Of a stretch of DNA of 32,000 nucleotides, positions 7,934 to 16,017 are shown one piece after another. Under the pieces are notes generated by a model, which worked only from the letters and a program-made list of their open reading frames with translations, had not been told where the DNA came from and did no database searches. The first letter of the stretch is position 1, and every line of letters begins with the position of its first letter. The DNA is from Erysipelotrichaceae bacterium OH741_COT-311 (GTDB taxonomy: Bacteria > Bacillota_I > Bacilli_A > Erysipelotrichales > Erysipelotrichaceae). The translations under genes and the position numbers were made by a program. The stretch covers positions 130,002 through 162,001 of the forward strand of contig RQZE01000003.1 of assembly GCA_003858585.1 (NCBI GenBank). The letters are read 5' to 3'.

Positions 7934-10801
7934 ATGAATAGGATAAAAAGCAACAAAGCAATCAAAATACTCTTAATCTTCATGATGTTTATTGCACTGT
8001 TACCAACCAACATCATTAAGCTACATGCACAGGAAGAATACAACCTTACTATTATTGGTTTGGATAAAACGGAAACTGTCAAAGTGAAGGAAGGCACAAG
8101 AAGGGAAGCAACGGTTGTTGTGTACGAAGATGATCAAGCGTTTAGTCACTGGGAAGTAGTCAGTGGCGGCCCTATTGTATTTGAAAAAGGTACAACAGAA
8201 CCTTGGAATTTTTTTGTCATGCCATCCAATGATGTCGTGATTAAAGCGGTCTATGTACAAGGATATTCTATAAAAATGGAAGGCGGATGCGGACATATTC
8301 GCCCCTATAATATATCATTCTATTTGGCTATACGTGAAATAATGGCAAATGCCAATCGTAAGGTAGTAATATGGTACAAAACCGATTCAGAAGGCAAAGA
8401 ATTCAGTCATTGGGAAGTCATTCGTGGCGGAATTACCTTAGAGAATACCCATGTCGAGCGTACGTCATTTATTATGCCGGAAAATGATGTTGTGATTAAA
8501 TGCGTTGAAAAAGGTGGTGAAACCTATAGTATTACGATAGAGGATGGATATGCCGTAAATCATACTACGGGTGTTACTGCTAGTGAAGCGTTACCGGGGC
8601 ATGAGATAAAGATTTATTCTCGTACATATCAGGAAGGAATGGTTTTTGATCACTGGGAAGTCATTGATGGCGGGATTACTTTGGGTGATGTAAACGATTC
8701 AATAACGTCATTTATCATGCCGGGAAATGATGTCATCTTAAAAGCTCATCATGTTAAGGGACATAAAATTCAAATAGAAAATGGATATAAATACAACACA
8801 ACTATTAAAACGTGGTTTGAAAAATCCGGTAACAAGGTATATATAGAGGTAGGTTCACTACCTTTAGGAAAAGTTTTTAGTCATTGGGAAGTCGTCAGTG
8901 GAAGTGTTACTTTGGATGATGCAAACGATTCAATGACGTCATTTATCATGCCGGATGGGGATGTAAATATTAAGGCAGTTCTTATTGATGAAAAGCATAG
9001 CATTTTGGTAGATGGTGGATATGCTTATTACGAAGGTAGTTTAGTTACAGAAGCCGCTTCGGATCAAATTATAGATATAATAGCGGCATCGCCTTCAAGT
9101 GGGAAACTGTTCAGTCACTGGGAAGTGGTTAGCGGAAACATTAAGATTGCACAACCGGGCAGAAGAAAAACACACTTTACAATGGCAAAGGAAGATGTAA
9201 GTGTAAAGGCGATATTTAAAGATTCTTACAATATTGATGTTGAAGGTGGAACATCAAGTGTAGATTCTGTAGATACCACTTCTACAATTGCCGGAAAACA
9301 GGTGTACATTACCGTTAATAATATTCCAAAAGGGCAGGCGTTCAGTCATTGGGAAGTCGTCGGTGGAAGTATAACATTAGATAATCCATATAGCACTACT
9401 ACATTTTTCACTATGCCGGAAGAAGATGTAAGTGTCAAAGCGGTGTTTGAAAAGGGAATTGATGTTGAAGTAATCGGTGGCTTTGCACAATTGGATGGCT
9501 ATGAAATCACACAGGCATTAAAAAATCAAACAATATCTATTCGTGCCGATGCACCGCCTTTAGATAAAGAATTTGCTTATTGGGTGGTTCATGATGGTGG
9601 CATTGTTGTAAACGATTCTACCAAACCTGTGACATCTTTTGATATGGGGGATAAAAAAGTACGCATTGAAGCGGTTTATACGGATACCTACAAGGTTAAT
9701 GTATTACCCGGAACAAATGGTAGTGTTGTTGCCGATAAGGTAAATAATGTGTTACCCGGCGAAACGATTGGTTTAGTAGTAACTGCGGATAGCGGGTATG
9801 TTTTAGATGAATTAGTTGTCAAAGATAGTAGTAATCGTATCGTTCCGTTAGTGCATACATATTTTGTGATGCCTGCTTCTGATGTTGAAGTAAAGGCAAC
9901 CTTTAAACCTAAAGATCCGATTACCTTTGATTTATCGACAAAAGTAATTGATGGTCATGGCAGTATTTCAAAAGGGAAAAAAGATCTTCCGTTAAATAGC
10001 ATCGAAACGATTACTTTTATGCCTGTTGCAAATTATGAAATTGATTATGTAACGGTAAATGGCATCGTGGTTGTTGTCTCGGGTAATGTCTATAATCTTA
10101 CAATGGATTCAGATAAACATGTAGAGGTAAAGTATAAAAAGATTGGTAGTGCCTCTACTCCTCAACCTACAACCGTTAATCTTACAACAAAGGTGTTAAG
10201 TGGTAAGGGTGATGTTTCGAAAGGTATGGAAAATGTTCCGTTAAATTCCACTGAAACGATTACCTTTACACCGGAGGTTGGATTTGAAATAGAAAAGGTA
10301 ACCGTTAACGGAGTTGAGGTTACTGTTGTAGGAAATAGCTATCATCTTACAATGGATTCTGATAAACATGTGGAAGTTAGTTATAAAGATGTTCGTCCGA
10401 TACACTATATTTCTTATAATTTAAATGGTGGAACTTTACAAGGAAAAACAGGGCAAGTGGCGATTTTAGTTAGAGAAGGAGAGACAATTAAGCTTCCGGC
10501 TGCTCCATATAAACCGGGTTATCGTTTTAGTTATTGGAAAGGATCTAAATATTATCCTGGTGATAATTATGTAGTACGAAGTGGTCATACTTTTACAGCA
10601 CAATGGGAAAAATTATCTTTAGAACCTATCAATAATTCAACGATGATTGTAAATCCAAGTAACGAAGTTACACATGTAAAGGTTAAAATACCTAAGACAA
10701 AGGATACAACACAATCATCGCTATGGCTTATGATGATGGTGATGTCTCTTGTCGGTTTGTTTGGTTTTTATTCCTTAAACAAGAAACGAGAGCATAGATA
10801 A
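7934..10801 (+). CDS. Secreted, surface-anchored protein built from InlB B-repeat-like / Listeria-Bacteroides repeat modules
   Basis: Signal peptide (K-rich N-region, hydrophobic core, LHA|QEE). Eight ~75-85-aa modules with F(S/D)HWEV..GG..L....T.F.MP..DV.(I/V)KA. Two near-identical ~82-aa modules follow (TKV..G.G..SKG....PLNS.ETITF.P...). Then one canonical module (YNLNGGTLQG...GYRFSYWKG...FTAQW). C-terminus: IPKTKD + hydrophobic helix + KKREHR. Confidence 0.8.
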   Translation: MNRIKSNKAIKILLIFMMFIALLPTNIIKLHAQEEYNLTIIGLDKTETVKVKEGTRREATVVVYEDDQAFSHWEVVSGGPIVFEKGTTEPWNFFVMPSNDVVIKAVYVQGYSIKMEGGCGHIRPYNISFYLAIREIMANANRKVVIWYKTDSEGKEFSHWEVIRGGITLENTHVERTSFIMPENDVVIKCVEKGGETYSITIEDGYAVNHTTGVTASEALPGHEIKIYSRTYQEGMVFDHWEVIDGGITLGDVNDSITSFIMPGNDVILKAHHVKGHKIQIENGYKYNTTIKTWFEKSGNKVYIEVGSLPLGKVFSHWEVVSGSVTLDDANDSMTSFIMPDGDVNIKAVLIDEKHSILVDGGYAYYEGSLVTEAASDQIIDIIAASPSSGKLFSHWEVVSGNIKIAQPGRRKTHFTMAKEDVSVKAIFKDSYNIDVEGGTSSVDSVDTTSTIAGKQVYITVNNIPKGQAFSHWEVVGGSITLDNPYSTTTFFTMPEEDVSVKAVFEKGIDVEVIGGFAQLDGYEITQALKNQTISIRADAPPLDKEFAYWVVHDGGIVVNDSTKPVTSFDMGDKKVRIEAVYTDTYKVNVLPGTNGSVVADKVNNVLPGETIGLVVTADSGYVLDELVVKDSSNRIVPLVHTYFVMPASDVEVKATFKPKDPITFDLSTKVIDGHGSISKGKKDLPLNSIETITFMPVANYEIDYVTVNGIVVVVSGNVYNLTMDSDKHVEVKYKKIGSASTPQPTTVNLTTKVLSGKGDVSKGMENVPLNSTETITFTPEVGFEIEKVTVNGVEVTVVGNSYHLTMDSDKHVEVSYKDVRPIHYISYNLNGGTLQGKTGQVAILVREGETIKLPAAPYKPGYRFSYWKGSKYYPGDNYVVRSGHTFTAQWEKLSLEPINNSTMIVNPSNEVTHVKVKIPKTKDTTQSSLWLMMMVMSLVGLFGFYSLNKKREHR
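8036..9905 (+). repeat. Eight degenerate in-frame tandem coding repeats (period about 230-260 nt)
   Basis: The recurring DNA core ttcagtca(c/t)tgggaagt(c/a/g) lies near 8146, 8404, 8650, 8879, 9113 and 9344, with a diverged copy near 9575. Each is followed by a tcatttat(c/t)atgcc-type motif. Confidence 0.7.
9939..10390 (+). repeat. Two tandem ~246-nt coding repeats
   Basis: TKVIDGHGSISKGKKDLPLNSIETITFMPVANYEIDYVTVNG...LTMDSDKHVEVKYKK is paired with TKVLSGKGDVSKGMENVPLNSTETITFTPEVGFEIEKVTVNG...LTMDSDKHVEVSYKD. The DNA identity is visible too, for example cttacaatggattc(a/t)gataaacatgt(a/g)ga. Confidence 0.8.
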
Positions 10802-10804
10802 AGG

Positions 10805-10834
10805 AAGGAAGAAGAATTCTTCTTCCTTTTTTAT
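10805..10834 (+). terminator. Rho-independent terminator after the surface-protein gene
   Basis: Palindrome aaggaagaag-aatt-cttcttcctt followed by a T-run. Confidence 0.8.
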
Positions 10835-10871
10835 GTTACACTATAGATAACTATAGGATAGAGGTTTTAGT

Positions 10872-11659
10872 ATGATTGATGAATTAGCGTGTAAAATTAT
10901 GCAACCGGATATGATTTTAGATGAAGAATTAGAGTTTATGATGGAAAATATCGGACATGAAAATCCAAGAATACGGGATGACCTCATTTATGGGTTATTT
11001 TGTATAGGGTTTGAAAAAGAATTGTTTTCTAAAGAGCAAGTAGAATCCATGATTAAGTATTTATTTGATCACAATATATTGTTAAAAGATATAGAAACGA
11101 AAGCAATACATTCAACTTTGGTAAGAAGTTATGGTGCGTTGTTATGGTCATTGATTCTTTTTTATGACAATGAAAATATCAGGTTCTTCTACAGGAGGAA
11201 AGAGAAAAGATTTTTTCGTTAGCTCTTTGTTATGTTGCAAATGAAGAAGATCATACAGGATATGTAAAGCCTTATGGATGGGTACATACCATTGCTCATG
11301 CTTCTGAGTTGTTGCTTTCTATTGTGAAACATCAACAAATGAGAGAGTTTATGGTGGAAGAGGTGTTGAAGAGTATTTATGAGATGTTTATTAAACAAAT
11401 GGAAATCTTTCGTGATAAAGAAGAGAAAAGAATTGGTTTGGTAGTTTTAGAAATGCTTAAAAGAAAACAATTATCTATCGTACAATTGAAAGAATGGATT
11501 GATCAATTTAAGGAATATTATGCTTCTGATCGTCTTTTAGAAGTTAAGGATTTTCGTAGTAAAGAGAATGTTGTAAATATGTTAAACTACATGTTATTGT
11601 TTATAGAAACAGAAACTCTGGAGTTAAAAGAAAGTATAAAGGAATTTAATAGAATTTAA
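10872..11659 (+). pseudogene. DUF2785-like gene split by a frameshift
   Basis: Two 116-aa ORFs lie in different frames. The second frame is open back to 11174 and reads KYQVLLQEEREKIFSLALCYVANEEDHTGYVKPYGWVHTIAHASELLL, running directly into the second ORF. The frames overlap at about 11160-11222, so one indel joins them into one ~260-aa protein. The DUF2785 assignment is from memory of the family pattern (G...HTIAH.. motif) and is tentative. Confidence 0.6.
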
Positions 11660-11682
11660 AAAGTGTAAGAATACACTGAGCT

Positions 11683-12286
11683 TGTAAGATAAAAGTAGAC
11701 ATACTTAAGAAAGAATATCCGATAACAGAGTTATGTAGAGTTATGGGTGTGAATAGAACAGGATATTACAAATGGTTATCCGGAAAAGGAATAAAAAATA
11801 AATATGAAAAAGACAGAGGGATGTTGATACCATTACTTGAGCTTGCTCATCAAAAGCATAGGTCTTATATTCAGAAATGAAACAGGCTGGCAGTTTTTCG
11901 ATATGACGGTAATAAAGTATAAAAGTAAAAGATATGAACGGACATATCTACTTGATACATTTAATAATGAAATAATTTCAAATATATCACCGGTATTATT
12001 GGAGATAGACGACCATAGTTTAATTGTCTAAAAGATTTAATAGAAAAAACAAAAAAACAGAAAGAACCTGTCATTTTACACACCGACAAGGGTTTGGTCT
12101 ATTCCTTTGTGGATGAAAAAAGAAATATATTCTGAGGGATGGTACCAACGTTATGAGATTGAAGAATATGTGGATTATTACAACAACATAAGAGTGGCTT
12201 ATGCGTTAAACTACAAAAGCCCAATCCGGTTTAAAACGGAATTGGGCTATCAGTAACTTTTTTACTTTGTCTACTTTTTGTTGACA
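11683..12286 (+). mobile_element. Internally deleted IS3-family (IS150-like) element, copy 1; both ends present, non-autonomous
   Basis: Terminal inverted repeats: tgtaagataaaagtagaca (11683-11701) against the reverse complement of tgtctactttttgttgaca (12268-12286), 15/19 matching with TG...CA ends. Inside are out-of-frame transposase fragments. These are EYPITELCRVMGVNRTGYYKW (HTH_21), FFDMTVIK...YLLDTFNNEIIS (start of the DDE core), PVILHTDKG, and EEYVDYYNNIR..ALNYKSPIRFKTELGYQ* (C-terminus). Confidence 0.8.
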
Positions 12287-12477
12287 CGTTCCATTTTTTA
12301 TATTTTTTTTTACAACAATCTTCTTAATCTTATCAATCATTGTTTCTTTACTTGTTTGACTAAAATACATTCCTATATTATATTTTACCCCATTTACAAC
12401 TTTTTGGACTCTAATTTGATTATTTTTCTCTGTAAATGTTCTGTTTTTATTTTCATACTTTCCGTCCTTTTTACAAT

Positions 12478-12511
12478 AAAAAAAGCAACTAGATTTTTTA
12501 TTTCTAATTGC
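12478..12511 (-). terminator. Rho-independent terminator downstream of fic
   Basis: On the minus strand: gcaattaga-(loop)-tctagttgc followed by TTTTTTT. It lies 29 nt past the fic stop. Confidence 0.7.
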
Positions 12512-12539
12512 TTTAAATGGTTTCTATTAAATTTTGTTT

Positions 12540-13688
12540 TTACAACGCTGTTCCCTCAGATAAAATATCTACGTATTTTTTATAAACATATTGCCTATAT
12601 CTTTTTTTATCTTCTACAAGTTCTAATATTCTCATATCTCTTAAATTGTCTAGTAGTTTATTTGCTGTAGGTTTACTAACACCTAGTAGATTTCTTATAT
12701 CTTCCATTTCAATAAAAGGATGCTTTAAAATATAATCATATATTAAAAGTATATTTGAAATATTACCATTAGAAAAACTACGAATTTTTTCTGTGTCTTT
12801 CTTTTTAAGTTCAATAATTTTTTGTATGGAAGTTACTGCATCTTGGGAAATTTCACAAACACCATTTATAAAAAATTTCACCCATTTTTCAAATTCTCCT
12901 TTAATACGAACATTGTTTAAAAGTTCATAGTATCTATTTCTATTCTTCTTAAAAAAATAACTCAAATAAAGAATAGGATAATTTATCAATCCTTGCTCTT
13001 TTAAATACAATATAATAAGAAGTCTTCCGATTCTTCCATTTCCATCTAGGAATGGATGTATCGTTTCAAACTGATAGTGTATTAAAGATATTTTGATTAG
13101 ATTTGAAATATCGCTATTTTCGTGTATATATTTTTCTAAATCACTTAAACAACTGTCCATTTCATCTGGTGCTGGTGGGATAAAACTTGCATTTTTTAGA
13201 GTTGACCCTGCGTGTCCAATCCAATTTTGAGATTTTCTAAATTCCCCGGGCATTTTCTCATCACCTCTAGTATTACATAAAAGGACTGAATGTGTTTCTT
13301 TCATTAGCCTCATACATAATGGTAATTCATTCAATCTTTTAAAGGCATAGTTCGTTGCCTTTATATAATTTACAATTTCTTCCGTATCTTTTATTTTCTC
13401 ATTAACTCTATCTTTTTGTAGAACATCAATAAGAGATGCTTGAGTTCCCTCTATTTGCGAACTAATAACTGCCTCCTTTTGAACATACATAGATACAAAA
13501 AGATCCATATCCGGTAATGTTATTGCCATACCATCCAATCGCCCAAGTAGTAAGTATGCTTTATTTATTAAAGTATTTATTTCTGTATCAATATTTAATT
13601 TTATATTTTTTAAGTTATGGGGTATAAAACATTCGTAATCACTCTGCATTCTTTTTAATTGTCCTGCTCTATTATTTTCTAGTTTCAA
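12540..13688 (-). CDS. fic: Fic family protein (AMPylase-type), class II, with N-terminal inhibitory helix and C-terminal winged-helix HTH
   Basis: Fic motif HPFLDGNGRIGR (aa 211-222, nt 13023-13058). Inhibitory motif S-x-x-x-E-G, SSQIEG (aa 76-81, nt 13446-13463). C-terminal LLGVSKPTANKLLDNLRDMRILE HTH. TTG start with AGGAGG 6 nt upstream. Confidence 0.9.
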   Translation of the reverse strand: MKLENNRAGQLKRMQSDYECFIPHNLKNIKLNIDTEINTLINKAYLLLGRLDGMAITLPDMDLFVSMYVQKEAVISSQIEGTQASLIDVLQKDRVNEKIKDTEEIVNYIKATNYAFKRLNELPLCMRLMKETHSVLLCNTRGDEKMPGEFRKSQNWIGHAGSTLKNASFIPPAPDEMDSCLSDLEKYIHENSDISNLIKISLIHYQFETIHPFLDGNGRIGRLLIILYLKEQGLINYPILYLSYFFKKNRNRYYELLNNVRIKGEFEKWVKFFINGVCEISQDAVTSIQKIIELKKKDTEKIRSFSNGNISNILLIYDYILKHPFIEMEDIRNLLGVSKPTANKLLDNLRDMRILELVEDKKRYRQYVYKKYVDILSEGTAL

Positions 13689-13809
13689 AATATACCTCCT
13701 AAGTTAAATCTATTTTATTTAGAACTATTATATCAGTTTTAAGTAAAATTTTCAAAGAAATACTTTACTTAAAATATAACTTATTCTTCTAAGTTAAATT
13801 TTATTTACT

Positions 13810-13840
13810 AAAAAAGCAATTAGATTTTTTTTCTAATTGC
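13810..13840 (-). terminator. Second hairpin-plus-T-run upstream of fic, near-identical to the fic terminator
   Basis: On the minus strand: gcaattaga-aaaaaaa-tctaattgc followed by TTTTTT. It has the same arms as 12478-12511, differing by one base. Confidence 0.6.
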
Positions 13841-13953
13841 CTTTACTCGTTTATTAGATACTGTGCTTTATTTAGTGTTTCTTTACTTTGTACTTTTCTT
13901 CTATCTACTTCTACTACTTTAAGGGGTAAACACATTTCAATTATCCTTAGATC

Positions 13954-14652
13954 TATACTAAAAAAGTAGATATACTAAAAAAGTATGCCTACTTTTTTAT
14001 GATAAAGTTTTCTGGGAGGTAAATTTATGAGAAGAGAAAAAGGTGGAGAATCTGCTTTAAATCCTGAAAAGTTACATCCGAGCAATCAATATGCAGCAAT
14101 TAGAAGTAGTAAATCATTAACAGAAGTTGAACGATTAAAAAAGGGTATATGGAAAAGGAAATAAATCGATATGAAAAAGACAGAGAGCTGTTGATACCAT
14201 TACTTAAGGTTGCTCATCAAAAGCATAGGTCTTATGGTTAGAAATGAAACAGGCTGGCAGTTTTTCGATATGACGGTAATAAAGCACAAAAGTAAAAGAC
14301 ATGAATGGACATATCTACTTGATACATTTAATAATGAAATAATTTCAAATATATCACCGGTATCATTAAAGATAGACGACCATAGTTTAATTGTCTAAAA
14401 GATTTAATAGAAAAAATAAAGGAACAGAAAGAACCTGTCATTTTACACACCGACAAGGTTTGGTCTATTCCTTTGTGGATGAAAAAAGAAATATATTCTG
14501 AGGGATGGTACCAACGTTATGAGATTGACGAGTATGTGGATTATTACAACAACATAAGACCGACTTATGCGTTAAACTACAAAAGCCCAATCCGGTTTAA
14601 AACGGAATTGGGCTATCAGTAACTTTTTTACTTTGTCTACTTTTTGTTGACA
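13954..14652 (+). mobile_element. Internally deleted IS3-family element, copy 2 (same family and orientation as copy 1)
   Basis: The right end, 14634-14652, is identical to the copy 1 IRR. The left end, about 13954-13985 (tatactaaaaaagtagatatactaaaaaagt), is inverted-repeat-like to the right end. It retains a short orfA remnant (14028-14163, MRREKGGES...LTEVERLKKGIWKRK*) containing an A-AAA-AAG slippery heptamer (14127-14133). The region 14168-14652 aligns to 11800-12286 at roughly 95% by manual alignment. Confidence 0.75.
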
Positions 14653-14669
14653 AATCAAATAATACACCT

Positions 14670-15560
14670 TTATTTTTTAATGACTTCACTTAATGCGGCA
14701 ACCGTTGCTGAGATATCTTGTAATTGACTTGGGATAATCAGTTTTGTAGAACTGCTTGCACCAATCTTTTCAAGTGCTTCATAACCCTTTAAAGTAATAA
14801 ATGCATTGGTTGGGTTGGATTGATTAATCAATTCAATCCCTCGAGCTTGTGCTTGATATACACGTTCTAAAGCGGCAGCTTCCCCTTCAGCCTTAGCAAT
14901 CGTTGCTTCTTTTTCAGCGATGGCACGAAGAATTGTAGCTTCTTTTGCACCTTCAGCTGTTAAGATAGCAGCACGTTTTTCCCCTTCAGCTTGTAAAATC
15001 TTTTCACGACGTTCACGTTCCGCACGCATTTGTTTTTCCATTGATTCTTGAATATCACGTGGCGGAATGATGTTTTTAAGTTCGACACGTCCTACTTTTA
15101 CACCCCAAGGGTCTGTAGCTTCATCTAAGATAGAACGCATTTGCGTATTAATTAAATCTCTTGATGTTAATGTTTCATCCAATTCCAAATCTCCAATGAT
15201 ATTACGAAGAGTTGTCGCTGTTAAGTTTTCAATCGCACTAATTGGACGTTCTACACCATAAGTATATAATTTAGGGTCTGTAATTTGAAAATATACAACT
15301 GTATCAATCATCATTGTAACGTTATCTTTTGTAATAACCGGTTGAGGAGCAAAGTCTTTTACAACTTCTTTTAATGTTACACGATTTGCAACGCGATCAA
15401 TGAATGGAACAACAATATGCAAGCCTGTATGCCATGTTGCATGATAAGCTCCAACACGCTCAACAACATAAGCGGTAGCTTGAGGCACAATACGTACGCA
15501 ATAAGCTAATGTAATGGCAATCACTAAAAATACCACACCAAAAATAATAAATTCTACCAT
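14670..15560 (-). CDS. SPFH/band-7 (stomatin/prohibitin-like) membrane protein
   Basis: N-terminal TM helix, then an SPFH core (VVERVGAYHATWHTGLHIVVPFIDR, TKDNVTMMIDTVVYFQITDP). Ala/Glu-rich coiled-coil tail (AEGEKRAAILTAEGAKEA...). Confidence 0.9.
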   Translation of the reverse strand: MVEFIIFGVVFLVIAITLAYCVRIVPQATAYVVERVGAYHATWHTGLHIVVPFIDRVANRVTLKEVVKDFAPQPVITKDNVTMMIDTVVYFQITDPKLYTYGVERPISAIENLTATTLRNIIGDLELDETLTSRDLINTQMRSILDEATDPWGVKVGRVELKNIIPPRDIQESMEKQMRAERERREKILQAEGEKRAAILTAEGAKEATILRAIAEKEATIAKAEGEAAALERVYQAQARGIELINQSNPTNAFITLKGYEALEKIGASSSTKLIIPSQLQDISATVAALSEVIKK

Positions 15561-15570
15561 AAGTTCTCCT

Positions 15571-16005
15571 TTACTTTTCTATTTTTCTTACGATTAATTT
15601 TACACCATCAATGGCTAATACTTCAACTAAATTTCCTTCTTCAATGGTCGTATTATCTACAGACTTTATATTCCAGATAACACCATTGATTTTCACTTCA
15701 CCAAGTTCTTGAAAAGTAGTCTGTTTTATCACCGTTGTAATAGCTCCAATGACACGATCGGCATTGGTATGAACGACATTACCACGTAAATAATCCTGTG
15801 CTATAGGACGAATAAATAACAGTGAAAGAATCGATAAAACAAAGAAAAAAACCACTTGTATCAAGAAGGATACATGCAACTGATTTGCTACTAAAGCTCC
15901 AATTGCTCCAATTGTAAACCAAATACTCACTAAACTGCTTAAGGTAATTATTTCTAAAAATAAAGAACCTATTAGCACAATAATCCATAACCAAAAATAT
16001 TGCAT
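15571..16005 (-). CDS. NfeD-family membrane protein (C-terminal OB-fold)
   Basis: Three N-terminal hydrophobic helices plus a C-terminal beta-rich domain (GEVKINGVIWNIKS...GNLVEVLAIDGVKLIVRK). Canonical pairing directly upstream of an SPFH gene. Confidence 0.8.
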   Translation of the reverse strand: MQYFWLWIIVLIGSLFLEIITLSSLVSIWFTIGAIGALVANQLHVSFLIQVVFFFVLSILSLLFIRPIAQDYLRGNVVHTNADRVIGAITTVIKQTTFQELGEVKINGVIWNIKSVDNTTIEEGNLVEVLAIDGVKLIVRKIEK

Positions 16006-16017
16006 ACATTATCCTTT

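Noticed and set aside
11837-12031. 64-aa ORF in the six-frame track, and its 62-aa twin at 14210-14398.
   Set aside because: Both read FFDMTVIK…YLLDTFNNEIIS, a fragment of the IS3-family transposase catalytic core. They sit inside clearly deleted elements, so they are transposase debris and not independent genes.
12278-12670. 130-aa plus-strand ORF overlapping the 3' end of fic.
   Set aside because: It is low-complexity Phe/Leu/Ile-rich sequence produced by reading AT-rich DNA antisense to fic and across the terminator. It has no RBS.
13860-13910. Possible third, solo IS right-end remnant (ctttactttgtacttttctt compared with ttttactttgtctactttttgtt).
   Set aside because: Only an ~18-nt core matches, and it needs a 2-nt gap. 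That is too short and too AT-rich to separate from chance without a proper alignment.
13843-13935. 30-aa minus-strand ORF (MCLPLKVVEVDRRKVQSKETLNKAQYLINE) with an AAGGA-like RBS, ending right at the upstream twin hairpin. A possible antitoxin-like partner of fic.
   Set aside because: It is very short and has no recognisable fold. Class II Fic proteins carry their inhibitor in cis. Its DNA (tttactttgtactttt, about 13884-13900) also resembles the IS right-end sequence, so it may be IS debris. I kept it as a note only.
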